NCBI GenBank assembly: GCA_010093745.1
Contig: MU005962.1
Location: 372,001 to 436,000, forward strand
DNA: 64,000 bases
Reading direction: 5' to 3'
DNA from: Piedraia hortae CBS 480.64
Lineage: Eukaryota
The notes under the pieces were generated by a model. That model saw only the letters and a program-made list of their open reading frames with translations. It did not search any database and was not told the origin of the DNA. A program made the translations under genes and the position numbers. Below, piece by piece: positions 34,771-47,013 of the stretch (positions within the stretch are counted from its first letter, which is position 1; each line of letters begins with the position of its first letter).

Positions 34771-36019
34771 TTACCACGCCCAGATGCGAAGCTGTGCGTC
34801 AGTTAGCAGAGTGATACCCAGGGTTGGTTGCCATACCATTGAATCCCACGATCCTGTACAGAGAGAAATGGCATCGTTAGAAACGCCCAGGCAGCTCACT
34901 CGGTTATCGTGGCCTTGGAGCGTTCCCACACGCTCGCCCCGGAGCACGTCCCAAACCTGCCAGAATTAGTGTCCCGCTGGTATTGCAGTGGTCAGATGCG
35001 GCTTACTTTGCATTCAAAGTCGTCATAACCGGCAAATAGTAAACGACCCGAGACCGAAAACGCCACAGAGGTGATGCCGCACAGCGGCTCGCCAATCTGT
35101 TATATTAGAACCGGCTACGTTTGGCTCTGTGCAGGCCTGCTTACCGTGTAGCTCTGGAGCTCTCGGTCGGCACGAAGATCAAATAGTCGACATGATGCAT
35201 CGTCTGATCCCGTCCCAAAGGCGTTACCGTTGGGAAAGAATTGAATGGCATTGATATCAGAGTCGTGCGCTGCAAACGTTTGAACGCATTTTTGCAGACG
35301 AATATCCCACAGCTTGGCAAAAGCATCACAAGCGCCTGAGACAAATTGATTGTTGTCTAGGGGGTTGATGCTCAGACTCATGACATCGCCTAAATGGTCT
35401 GCAAACTCGGTCAGCTTCTGACCCGTTTCCATGTCCCACAAAACGCAGGTCATGTCGCCAGACGAGGTGAGAATGCGACGATCGTTAAGGAAGCGGCAAC
35501 AGGATAGGTAGCCCGAGTGGCCGCTGAGCTCTCGGGCCACCCGCGCAGGCCCGTCTCTGGCGGATAAGTTGTAAATGGAGCATATGTTGTCCAGGCCGCC
35601 ACAAGCAACGTAGTTGCCGCTGGGCGCATAGGCGCACGTCATAACCCACGAGGACCGTAGCGGTATGGCGTGCACCTTGTTGGTCGTATAGGCGTCCCAG
35701 ATGATAAGCTTGCCATCCTGCGACGCAGAGACCAGGTGTCGCCGGTCAGTCGACCAGTGCATGGCGTATATCTTGGCTAAATGGCCCTTAAGTGTGCGCT
35801 TAGTCTTCATGCCCAGTCGCGGTAGGGCTTCTGTCCGTTGACGCGCCACGTCGCGCACTGTAGTTATGTGAGCTTCGCAAATTGGCGACAAGGGCTACAC
35901 TCACGCGTGGTGTCGGCGAGCTCATCCTTTTTGCGTTTGATACGGTCCTTGAGCGCTTCCGCATCCCGCCGCGCAAGCTGGATTTTTTGCTGGACCGACT
36001 CCGTGCCGACGTCCGCCAT
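34771..36019 (-). CDS. sfaD: Heterotrimeric G-protein beta subunit
   Basis: [91 protein letters not shown]; four GT-AG introns. Confidence 0.97.
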
Positions 36020-36455
36020 TTCCCCAAACTACGGCCTGGACAGGTGTCAAGGGCGCTGACAGCGTGGCCCCGCACTTGTATGGCCGACCAAGCCGCCGCC
36101 CGTGGCTCGAACAGGGCGGCGAGGTGGGGTAGCGTCAGCAACTGGTAGCGGTAGAGACAGGGGGCGGGGGAGCGAGAGGTAGGTGTACCAAATTCAGCGT
36201 GATTACTGGGTCCAGATACACACAGGGAGGATGAGGAAGGCGCGATGTGTTGCGGCCGGGGCTGTCGGGGCGGGTTCCGGGGCCAGGGTTAGTCTGCTTA
36301 GTCAGTGCACCCTTTTCGGACCGTTGCATTAGCTTATCGCCCAGACCTCATCCGCCTACCTTAGGGAGCATGCACTGAGACGAATGGTGAAGACTATTAG
36401 CTATAGCTAACAATCCCTCTATCATAGTTGTGCTCCTCGTTCCATCGATCAATCA

Positions 36456-37828
36456 TCACCATTTGGGCTGTGCCTTGAACTGTACGCTGGCAACGCCGAC
36501 TTCGCCCGCATCACCCTCCCCATTCTTTGGAGTCACGAGCTCCGGCAAGGGAACATGCTGAGCTGTCATGAAGCCACCACTGATCTCGTCAAGCAGCTAC
36601 CAAGTCAGCTTTGCAGTAACCACATTGGGTGGATGACACTTACCACCAAATAATTCGTTGTGTACTTGATTCTGCACTTGCTGGTTGTTTCAATATGCGC
36701 AACCAGGGACGTAGCCGTCCCAAACGTCTTGAAGCAGGTCGAGCACATAAAGCGACTGAGTAGATGCCACTCTTTCAGGTGGTTCTCAACCTCCTGTCTC
36801 GTTTCGCAAGTGATGTCGCAACCGGCAAATGGGCAGATGAAAAGCTGATGATTCGCATTCCAGAAGAGGCGCAAGTCGAAATCTTTTGATTTCGGGTTGT
36901 ACCACTGAGAGTACAGCATGTTTTCACGGCGGTTCTCCGGGGCCTGCTCGCCGTCCGCTGCCTCCAGGCCTGTTTGCTCACGGGGAGGCGCGTCTCCAAA
37001 AAGAGTACGCGACGTCTTCGACGTTGCCCACGGCACCGGCTCCCCAGTTGCGGTAGCTCCAGTCGATGAAACGTTTTGCGAATCGGAGAGGCTCGGCCAC
37101 GCGGGACGCGCTGATGCGTCTGTATCGTCCTGGGCACCGCCGGTTGCGGGAAGCTCGCCCTTGTGCTTGAAAGGAGGACTCGAGTCATCTAGACTGATGA
37201 GATTTACACCGCTCTCCCCGTTATCGGGCGAAGGGACTCGCAGCTCGAACTTCGGCTGCTGAGCGTTTTCTGGCAGACTGGATGTACGATTCTTCTCCAA
37301 TTTGGCCAAGAATACGTCGGGCTGTGACATGATGAGTTTTACAATGTGCTTGTGTTGAACACTGGTCAAGAATTCCTGGGACTTGATGAAGAGACAGCGG
37401 CCCTCCTCAAGGTGCGCAATCATGGCTGCGGCTCTGGGAAAGCGGTGGGAGCATCCTTTCGCATGAGCTGGACATTGAATGTTTTGGTCGGCCTTGTGCA
37501 TCTGTTCACGATGAATGCGACGCCCGCCAAATGATCGAAAGTCCATACCGCAGAACTCGCAGGTAATATGCGGTGGACGGAGATCGTTGGGATCGCGGTT
37601 AATTGAGTCAAGGTAAGGTGTCATGGCGCGCACCTTGTGTTGTTTAAGATCTTCCCAAGAGTCGCAATCGACATCACATTTCTTGCAGTAAAAATGGTCC
37701 AGATTCTTGACCTTGTGAGTTTTCATTTCCTTGAGCGTGGGGAAAACCTCGCCACAATCGGTATAAGTGCACTGGAAGCTGCCCACGACATCATTGCCTT
37801 GGGCATCTCCGGATCCATGGCCATCCAT
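36456..37828 (-). CDS. Multi-C2H2 zinc-finger protein
   Basis: Several CxxC...H...H fingers (FQCTYTDC, CKKC, CEFC, CPFAGC, CSTC); intron 36643-36597; last exon LLDEISGGF...AQPKW*. Confidence 0.8.
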
Positions 37829-38562
37829 GACGTGGTAAAGTTGTAGCTAGTTTTGCGTTTCGCAGTGCGTGGACGTTAGTGGCTAGCCAGCTTGGCTTGG
37901 CGATATTGAGACTCAGACTCGATCCCCTTAACCAGGTGATGCAGAATCTCTGTTAGTGAAGTTTTGAAATCGTTGCGCCTCAAAAGATTTTTTAGTTGAA
38001 GTGGATCACAACAAAATCTTGGCATCACCTCCCACCTTCAGCATCACGCCAACCCCACACCCGCGGCCGTGATTGTGGCGCAAGACGACTGATCCGAAAA
38101 CATTTATCTTCTTTTTCAGCCTCACGCAAGTCCGTGCTCGTGTAGTCAGGTGCTCATGCAGTATTCCATGCTACCAAAGCCCAATGGCAGGGAGACACTG
38201 CAGCTGCAGGGGCAGTGAGACGGGGTGAAAAGCCCCCACATATGCAAAAGCACGACACTTGCAGCTTGCCCGAACCCGTTACGGCTAGAACGGCGCTCTC
38301 CACACCCACGTGTTGGGCGCATTATCAACATATCAGTTAACCAGATTGAAAACGTATAACTGAAAGTTGGCAGATCTTATGACGGTGTAAAAGAAACAGT
38401 TCAAGCACTGGAATACATGGCGGATGTCAGAGCCTTGCTTCTGCGGGCATGTAGGCCGTGTAACGCGAAACATGACTTCGTACGCACTACATAGCGCACT
38501 GCCGCCGCACGTCATGTGTAGATCAGTTGCTCGCAGAGTTCTTGCGAACGGATTCAATTTCG

Positions 38563-39331
38563 TTACAAATCTTTTGCAAAAGGCCGCGAGCTGTCCGTGC
38601 TTGCCAAGCGCTGGCTATATCTTCGGACGCGTTTTGGAGCATTCGGTTGAGGTGGCTCAGGGTATGTGGGATCATCGTCTAGGTTCCAGAAACAGTTCCA
38701 GCATGCGGCCCAGCAGCTTCCAGTTTCTCGCTAGGTGGATCAGAATCCTGAACAAAGTGCATGCTATTTGGGACAATACCTTCTTTTCCTGAAATTTCTG
38801 TTTGGCACGAGCCGCTGCTCCATCCTGTGCATGAGTTAACGCCCGAGCCCACAGACGCATTTAGCCACGCACCTCCTCTGTTGATTGGTCTGGAACAGGG
38901 AAGGTTGTTATGAAAGACCTAGTCGTGAGTGCTGGCTCAGGTACTGGCAGGCTGGGTAGCGGCGATGTGTCATTATGGTCATGCCCGGGAAGTTCGCGCT
39001 GCGAAATCATCCGGGCCAGGATATTCTCCCGACGCTCCCGCATGCAGCGCGGGCGCGAAGGATCTTCTTCATACTCGGAAGGCGTTACCTCAGCTCCACC
39101 CTGGGTTCGTAGGTAAACGTTTGGCGGGACTTCCTGAGGGTCGATAAGCGCACTTATACGATTCAGGCGTGGTGGGTAAGGCGGGCGTGAAATGGTAGGG
39201 TGTTGCTCTTCGCCGTCCTGGTCTTGCTCAACCATCGAAGGCGCTGGCGGATAAGGCTCGTAGTTCGCGCAGTCCCTCGCTGCTCGGTCTCCGTCCGCTT
39301 TACCCACGTCTTGCAGTTCATAAGATTCCAT
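38563..39331 (-). CDS. Hypothetical Pro/Glu-rich protein with a C-terminal Cys/Trp motif
   Basis: 156-aa first exon; canonical introns 38872-38825 and 38779-38731 give ...KFQEKKRETGSCWAACWNCFWNLDDDPTY...FAKDL*. Confidence 0.65.
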
Positions 39332-39670
39332 TGCGATGTGATGTGCCCGCTGTATCGTTGTCTGTAAAGTGTGTTGCCAGATTGGCTGTGGACCATGTGA
39401 CAGCGCAAGCTTGACCGTAGAGGAAACTGATGAACTTCATGACGTTTGGCCGCTGATGCACTGTTCTGTCCAAATTCATCACCACAAGTTGCCAATCGTC
39501 ACTGCTGGTCAGTGCAGATGTACTGCATGCGAGATTAGCGAGATTGGGGCCACATTTGAGCTTTTTGGGCCAGAAAAGACGGCGACAGCACAACACCTGC
39601 GATAATCCGTCTCAAAAACGAGGGCAGTCGCCTGAGACAGCGTATTGAGACACAACTATGCATGAAGCTA

Positions 39671-40282
39671 TCAAAATCTGGAGTAAGGCAACCTTGGAGA
39701 AGTCAGCAACGTTGCAGCTTGTGGCAAAGGGGCAGGACTTGCCATTTTCCCCTCAGAGTGATCTTCACCCACTCGCCTTTGTCGTCGACCTCCTTTTCCA
39801 CCTTTGTAGAAAAAGTGATGGCGCTCATTATGCCGTCTCCAAATTTTTCGTTGATCACTGCTTTGTACGCATAACCGTAGTTCTGCACTATCTCCCAGAG
39901 CCGATACATTAATGGCTCCCTCGGTGGCATTTCCACCTGCCTACCGCGATCGGGCCAGCCAGTGATTTCCGTTTGTAGCAGCTCCTCTTCGGGGATTTCC
40001 AAGACTTTTGCGAGGTTAGTCACATCTTCGGGCGATGCCTTGGCCTGGCCATAGAAAATAGCCGCTACAGCAACTTCCGATCGACCAAGTGCATTGGCTA
40101 TAGTTTCGAAAGAGAGGTTTTTCTCCTTTTTGGCAGCGAAAAGGATTGGCGACTGAGCTGGCAGTCGGTCGATAATATCGTGCTGGACATGCCATCAGCA
40201 TTATCCAGCGCAACCTTTGTTGAACCTTTCATACATTCAAAACCGCGATGGGATAGCCCGAAGAAGTACCATGTTGTGCCAT
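39671..40282 (-). CDS. CYN1: Cyanate hydratase (cyanase)
   Basis: [64 protein letters not shown]. Introns 40234-40183 (GT-AG) and 39742-39693 (GC-AG). Confidence 0.95.
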
Positions 40283-40705
40283 GGTTGATCTTGTCCAATG
40301 TCTGGAATAAAAACGGCTAGAGAAATAAGCATCAGATGACTTTATCAGGCAAACACCTCGGCCTTTGATTATGTCATGCAGATGAGATGAGCCACGTGAA
40401 ACCGCGGAAGAGCAGAGGAGTGAGCATGAGGTCGTGGTTGCTGGACACGGACGAACACCACCATGATGATGTGGGATCTACCAGGACCCAGATCATCGAG
40501 CCATGTGAGCGGAGCCGCTTATACAAACCTGCAAATTCACTTGCCGAAAGTAGGCCAGCGTGTACTATATGACTGCTTGCTCCTTGCTTTCAAAGTAAAC
40601 AGAACCCTCACCCGAACGGCTGCATTCAAATCTCACGAGAATGATCAGAGGGAGCATATGACACTTGATTAGAATTACAGTATCACTTTTAGGGCATAGT
40701 TACAA

Positions 40706-41146
40706 TCATTGTGGATCGTAGAATATTTCGGGAAAGCGATGAGTGGCGTCCACCACGGCGTTTACAGCCGCAAAATCTTTGACGAAATCGACGTCAGTGT
40801 TTTCGTGAAACAGGATCGCTGTGGGTTTCATACCAATGTTTGATTCCGGGCCCATGTCCAAGCCGGGAGTCAGGACTTTAACGCTCAGATCGTTCTGGAC
40901 CCTACCAATGATTTCGACGGCGTGGTTTAGTTGGAGATGCGAATCCTAATGCCATCAGTAATGCAAAGGAATTCTCAACGCCGGTACCGTGGAGCTTACA
41001 CGGTTCAAGTGCACGACAATTTCCCCCCCAGCATCAATTGTAGCCTGCTCACCGCGCAGCTGACGGACTTTGCCTAGGAGGCGAACAGTGCTGTGGGTGA
41101 ATTGCTCTAGATAAGGCTGGGTGACGCGAGGGGTTGCTTCAGCCAT
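40706..41146 (-). CDS. RFA3: Replication protein A 14-kDa subunit (Rpa3/Ssb3)
   Basis: MAEATPRV...TVRLLGKV, VEIIGRVQNDLSVKV, AVVDATHRFPEIFY; introns 40999-40946 and 40833-40777. Confidence 0.9.
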
Positions 41147-41200
41147 GATTGACTTGCTCGGATATGCGATCTAAATACAGTATTTATACAGCAGTGTCAA

Positions 41201-41211
41201 GCGCGACGCGT
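41201..41211. promoter_or_regulatory. MCB (MluI cell-cycle box) ACGCGT with an adjacent CGCG, upstream of RPA3
   Basis: gcgcgacgcgt about 60 bp before the RPA3 ATG; fits known MBF control of replication genes. Confidence 0.6.
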
Positions 41212-41251
41212 CTTGGCGGTTAGCCCCGCATCAAAAATGTTCCGGCATGTG

Positions 41252-42634
41252 TCAGACAGACAAAGGCGGCGCCGATTGTCTACTCTGGCGTTTTCCTGCC
41301 AATTGGCCCCAACTCAAGTGCTGTTCTCCGGTTTTTACGTTGGTTTCTCTCGGCTCAAGCGGCTGTTCGCCGAGCTCCCGCATGATGGTCGTCTTGACGG
41401 CCTCCACATTGCGTCTTCGCTCCATGTGATCAACTTGCCTCTGCTTCCACAACGTCTGCCCCTCTTCAAACGTTGTTCCCGGCGGCGCCCAATTGCGATT
41501 CATTGCCTGCCATCGCTTCTCCCGCCATGCATCAGCATCCTCCACCACGTGCTCGTCTAGTTGGGGGGCGGTATGGCGGCTCCAGCCCATAGCTACCTGC
41601 GTTACATCATCTGGCCACTTCTTGGCGAAGTCCTTGTCTAGTTCGTTTGCCCAGCGAATGACGACATCTTTGCTACCAAAGCCTGCAAGTTTTTCATCTC
41701 GCGCCGTGCGTCTACTCTGAGTTGCCAGATAGTGGTTTTTGGGCAGGGAGTTGATGATGAAAGGCGGCAGAGGGGGGAGATGATGGGTCCAATCGTCAGG
41801 TGAACTGGAATCATTGCCTCCACGCACCTCAGATGCTGCTGAGGACGTCTTTGCGTGTTCACCTCGCGCCGCTTTGACAGCATCGTGGATAAACTTGATG
41901 GTGGTCTGCTTGGTTTCCAACCTTTTGATTAATCGACCCGCTTTCTTCCACGCCTTAAATTTTGTCGCATCGCTAGGAGCTTCGCCCTTGAATTGGTCAC
42001 GAAGCCTCTTGAGTAGTTTTGCGTTGCGTAGCATCTTATCGTCGGTAGCATCCTGGATAAGTTGAGAATACAGTGCAAGTTCTTTCTTGCGGTAAAGACT
42101 CTGCATTTTGGGTATCGACTCTTGTGCTCGGCTCGCAAGCTCGTTTTGATGTATCAAAACAGCAGCAAGATCAGCAATCGAGTTCGCCTTTTGATCTTGC
42201 ACGATTTTTATGCGTTCCTTCTTCTTCATCCGTTTTATAAGATCCCACGGCGTTTCCTTCTTACTTCCTCCTCGTTGGTCAAGCTTCTTCTGCAACTCGT
42301 CCAGCTCCGAGACAGTGTATTGGCGTTTCAACAGCTCCGTCGGTCTCCAATGATATTCGTGCATCGACCGCCAGTTATGCAGTCTCCATGCGGCATCTTC
42401 GGCCTGTAGTTCGGCAGAAGGGGACTTGGGGAACGTGAGAGCAAAGAGCGGCCGCCACAGATCGCGACGAAGTGCACGATCCTTGGTATTCGCGCCCAAG
42501 TCAGGGAGTTGGGCAAGCGCAGGAAGATTTTTCAGGACGTGACTGTCAGAATAGACAACTTGGTTGGTGCGCACGTGAGAATAGGCGTAGATATTGCGGC
42601 CAGACTTAAACCATGCCGGCCTGACGCGCTGCAT
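41252..42634 (-). CDS. MHR1: Mitochondrial Mhr1 / mitoribosomal mL67 family protein
   Basis: GRNIYAYSHVRTNQVVYS, ALRRDLWRP, DQKANSIADLAAVL, VVIRWANELDKDFAKKWPDDV. Confidence 0.85.
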   Translation of the reverse strand: MQRVRPAWFKSGRNIYAYSHVRTNQVVYSDSHVLKNLPALAQLPDLGANTKDRALRRDLWRPLFALTFPKSPSAELQAEDAAWRLHNWRSMHEYHWRPTELLKRQYTVSELDELQKKLDQRGGSKKETPWDLIKRMKKKERIKIVQDQKANSIADLAAVLIHQNELASRAQESIPKMQSLYRKKELALYSQLIQDATDDKMLRNAKLLKRLRDQFKGEAPSDATKFKAWKKAGRLIKRLETKQTTIKFIHDAVKAARGEHAKTSSAASEVRGGNDSSSPDDWTHHLPPLPPFIINSLPKNHYLATQSRRTARDEKLAGFGSKDVVIRWANELDKDFAKKWPDDVTQVAMGWSRHTAPQLDEHVVEDADAWREKRWQAMNRNWAPPGTTFEEGQTLWKQRQVDHMERRRNVEAVKTTIMRELGEQPLEPRETNVKTGEQHLSWGQLAGKRQSRQSAPPLSV

Positions 42635-43009
42635 CTTTGAAGAGCGTCAATGTGCTGGAAGTCGAGGATGAAGGCAGTTCAAAATGCGGCTAGATCCGCC
42701 CTTCCGCTCGGCGATTGCCGCCAATCGCAGATTGAGGCGTCGGCAATCGCCGGTGGGTACTTACGTTCAGAAAACGAAGATTTCAACGCCTAAGGTGGGG
42801 CCTTGGTCCGAAATCTTACCATCTGCGAAGTAGAACGCTACCTCAATCTCTCGTCCTTTGGCCTCTCGAACAAGCGTGTGAATTGTTCCATCCTTCGCTC
42901 GTTCAAACGGTGCGGGCCCTTCCGTCGGTGCGGCCCGTACCTCATTGCGACCGCGTTGAATAGAGCGAAGAGCGACGGCAGTCATTCGACACTTTGCACA
43001 TCAGCATGC

Positions 43010-44745
43010 ATGGCTACAGAATCCTGTGCCACCGCTGGCATTGTACGCGATAGACCGTGGCTGTTGCCCTCGAACCGCAAATTACGAAATGTCGTTTCCA
43101 TTAGTCTGCGGAACCACTCTTTAACAACCGTTCTGCCTCGGCGCGCAAGAGGAAAAACAATCGACGATGACGCTGTGCCGCAGATGCTACAATCGCCTAC
43201 AAAGCTGGCCGTTTTGAAAGAGCACAGCACTATCGGGCACTCGCGTAGCTCGAGCGATTTAAGGATTGACACTGGACAGAGCAGCAATGCAGGAATGATG
43301 GCCCAACGGCCTTTTCAGCGACGAAGACAAGGTACACTTGAATGGGCACATGCCACACCACAGAAAAGGCAGGAGAAGCTTCTAGATGTCACAGCCAAAC
43401 ACATTGCAGACGTCTTCTTCAGCATCCACGTCCCAGGGATCAAAGGTTGGTACGTGCCTGGAGTGGCCCCTTGGAATTAATGCTGAACCCTGTAGAACCG
43501 GTATACATATCCGAAGTTGTGGAGCAGACCATGAACCCAACATGGCAGCAAGTAGATTGGTCTGGTTGCTGCTCTGGCGCTACCAGGCAAGACTGGATGA
43601 CCTTGGCCTTTTGGGTCAGAACTGCAGCTAATGGCTGGCGACAACTATTGCAGTTGTCGTTATGTCTGACAGATCTTCATTATCTGGGAAAATCTGAATC
43701 GGGCCAAATGCCTCGCAACACTGTCATCTTCCACCTGTCAGACGGTGTCTATACCTCATTTGAGTCTCTATCTGACTACAAGCCACCCCCACTTGCTCCA
43801 CCAAGAGACGTCCAGAGCCCGAGAGCTTTGCCAACATCGTCTTTTGATGCCTTGCTGAGGCTTGCCAAGCTTGAAGATAGCATATCTGATGCAGTCGAGA
43901 CGAGGGAGCAGATAGCGGCTGACCTGGGCGAGTTTCTTCGAGGGCACGACGATGCGCTCTCGGAGCGTGGACAGGTCTCAAGAGCAAGGGATCGACTAAA
44001 AACCATAGAGTATGCCAAAACGACAATCGAGCGCCAGCTCGAAAAGGCACGCAAACAGCAAGCCGAAAAACGGGCTGCGCTTGCCCATCGCCGAAGGTTG
44101 ATGGAGCAAGGCAAGCGAGATGATGGCATCTCGTCCGCACGCTTGCACCAAGCTCGTCAAGATATGCCACAGATCCACGACGAACACGCTGTCCAAATGA
44201 GGGCGATTGCAAATCAGCGTCGCCGCATCTGCGAGGATGTCCACAAAATATACTCCATTCAGTCTGTTCCCGGACAGTCCTTAGCTTTCACTATTCGTGA
44301 CTTGCCTGTCCTAAACCCTGACCATCTGGATGGACTGCAAGCGGATCAGGCAGCGGCAGCACTGGGTTATGTAGTGCATGTGGTGCAACTGCTGGCGATT
44401 TACCTCATGCACCCTTTGCCCTACCATGTCCACTACTGTGGCAGCACGAGTACAATAGAGGACCTGATCAGCCTGCTTAAAACGGGAAACACTACCGACG
44501 ATAGACGTCTGCGTACCTATCCACTTTTCATCAAGGGCGTACCGCGATTTCGTTTCGAATACGCCGTCTTCTTGCTCAACAAGAACATTCAGCTGCTGCT
44601 GGAATCTATATATCATGTCCGGGGCCTGGATATACGCCATACGTTGCCCAACCTCAAGTATCTGTTGTATCTCTCCACTGCAGGCGAGGGGGAGCTTCCA
44701 GCCCGCAAGGTTGGAGGTGTCCGTGGATTGGTCAAGAATAGTTAG
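43010..44745 (+). CDS. VPS38: Vps38/UVRAG-type subunit of the PI3K complex (Atg14/UVRAG family)
   Basis: RPWLLPSNRKLRNVVSISLRN, DVFFSIH..EPVYISEVVEQTMNP (intron 43446-43495), coiled coil, AAALGYVVHVV, RFRFEYAVFLLNKNI, DIRHTLPNLKYLLY. Confidence 0.82.
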
Positions 44746-46223
44746 TCTGCATTTTCCAGCGCTTCCGCGAGGTCAACGTGCTCTGCCGTTGCGCCTCGTC
44801 TGACTTTTTCCCGACCCACCAACGATCTTGCTGTCGGGCACAGCCAAAAGCTTGGCCACATGCCTGCTGCACATTTGCCAAGTCTTTCAAGTGCACTTTC
44901 AATATGCTTGACCACCGCTCGGTTGCTGGTGACGGTAGTGTGCTTAGCCGCCCAGCCGTACAAGAATATAGATTGGTTTATAGGCGACTGGTCTTGCATC
45001 ACTTCGAGTGCCAACTTGGGCAAGTTGCTGTGACAGTTTCCTACATTTTGGTCAACGATCTTGATGGGAAGACGAAGATCCTGGGGCACAGCGGTAATGG
45101 AAAGTTCTTGCATGCGCACCACAGCTGCCTCTGGTTCGTCGCCCAGTAAGATAGCTGTGCGTAGTCTTTCGGTACGAGTCCCGATAGCATCAACAATCTC
45201 ACGCATTCGGGTCGAAGCTTCCTGGGTGCAAACCAACTGACGGCCACACAGGACAGGGTACATCAAGGACGGCAATAGCTGCTCGCGGTCCTCTGAGTCG
45301 ACGTTCCACCGGCGACAGCCGTCAAACCAAGGCTGTTTAGTGACACGAGCGTGGGAGAAGTCGGAGACGAGAGCGAGTAAGATGGTACAGTCGATGTTGA
45401 GAGTATCGGTGAGGGTTCGAGTGGGATCTGACACCATATTGCGCATGGCTACTTCCAGGGGCGGTGGCTCATGGCAATCATCGGCGCAAAAGATTTCGGC
45501 GCCAGTCTGCCGACACTGGCTTAATACACCATCAATTATGCCATCGCCAGGATGTATACGTGGTAAAAAAATCTTGACTTTGGGCTTAAGACCTCGTACA
45601 AGATGATCGTTGGCCGCATCACTCAGTCCATGCACCATCTTTATCAAGGGTATCTCACTGGATTTCAACGTCAGCAAACACTGCAACTCTCACACTTGAA
45701 ATCAAGCACACCTTTGGCCATAGTCCTCATCTGAATCCCAGCCCTCTTTGGCCAAGTCGAACAGTATCCGCCTGCTCGTGACCATTGAGAGCTTTATCCA
45801 CGTCGAGTGGTTATCCGTTACAGCATCCACAAAGACTCCGGTTTTCCCATTAGAGCGGGAACCATGGGGCAATGGAAGGCGCCGCTGTAAAGCGGTGACA
45901 TTGTGACATCCCTTGACAATGTCCCATAACTTCTCCAAAAAAGGTAGGTTAGATGATTGTAGTACATGCAGTTGCGGCCCATCTTGGGGTTTTACTTGAC
46001 CTTCATCTAGGCAAGAAATGGCCTTTTCGCTATTTGATTCCTCATTATTGCTTTTGCTGTCATCCTTGGCTCGTCGTAGAGCAGACAGTTCTTCGGTTAT
46101 CGCAGATACGAATCCGCGTGATCTAGTCTTGGTGTTTCTCAGCGAGTTTGAGAGCTGGAGAAATTCGTTAACTTCACTGAGCAAGTTTTGAGCTCGGGCG
46201 ATGAGATCTTCAAGTGTGTCCAT
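44742..46223 (-). CDS. DUF1308 / UPF0415 (C7orf25-like) protein
   Basis: SSNLPFLEKLW, VDAVTDNHSTWIKLS, TLNIDCTILLALVSDFSH, ARSLVG; intron 45711-45658 joins the two ORFs in frame. Confidence 0.8.
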
Positions 46224-46432
46224 GTGGAACGAAAATGGTTATGTGTTTTCACGCCACATTAACGCGAGGCTCTTGTCTTGGCTCTTCACCGCACTCGTTA
46301 TTCAAGGTGTGAGCAATGACGTTACGCCAGTGGAGCGGGCCATCCCGCTAGCCTTTTTCGGAAAAATTACCTTGGTAGTTCATAACTTGCGGGAAATCCC
46401 TTCTGTGTAGTTTTGCGTCAGGCAACCACACA

Positions 46433-47013
46433 ATGGTTTATCTCCGCACCGGTGACGAATGGCGAAAACAATCAGAGCGGCTGCTACATGCGCGCCCCAT
46501 GGCATGTCTATCTTTCTCTAGGATCCTTTCGATTGCTAACCATACTAGGCGCGAGTAACAGCAAAATATAAGATCGCGCCGTCTAGCCCAAGGGGTAGCA
46601 AAAAAGCTTCGAAGAAAGAGACTCTTCATATACCAGAAGAAAAAGAGAAGGTTGAGAGAGCTCCAAGGGCCTTTTTGACTCTGAAAACCTACGACCCCAA
46701 GTCTGGAGTAACGCTCAAGTTCAAAACGTGCAAGGCAACTGACCTCGGGCGGCTCATTGCAGAAATGGATAAGTTGGGTTGCAGAATGGCTGGGATGGAG
46801 GACAGTGTCCTCGATCATATTCAGGATCAAGATGTCGACATGGCAGATTCTATAGAAACAAATGGAGCAAGATCAAAGGGTATCGACAAGACAGCTACCG
46901 AGAAAGATCAAAGTCCTGTAGTTGTACCGCAGACTTCTGTTCGAGCAAATAAGGCACCAACGCAAACTAGCACTAGTGGAGTAGCCAAGAAGAAGAAAAA
47001 GGGCAAGAGATGA
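46433..47013 (+). CDS. SRP21: Signal recognition particle Alu-domain subunit SRP9/SRP21
   Basis: MVYLRTGDEWRKQSERLLHARP..RVTAKY, LTLKTYDPKSGVTLKFKT.KA.DLGRLI, basic tail KKKKKGKR; inferred intron 46502-46548. Confidence 0.85.
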
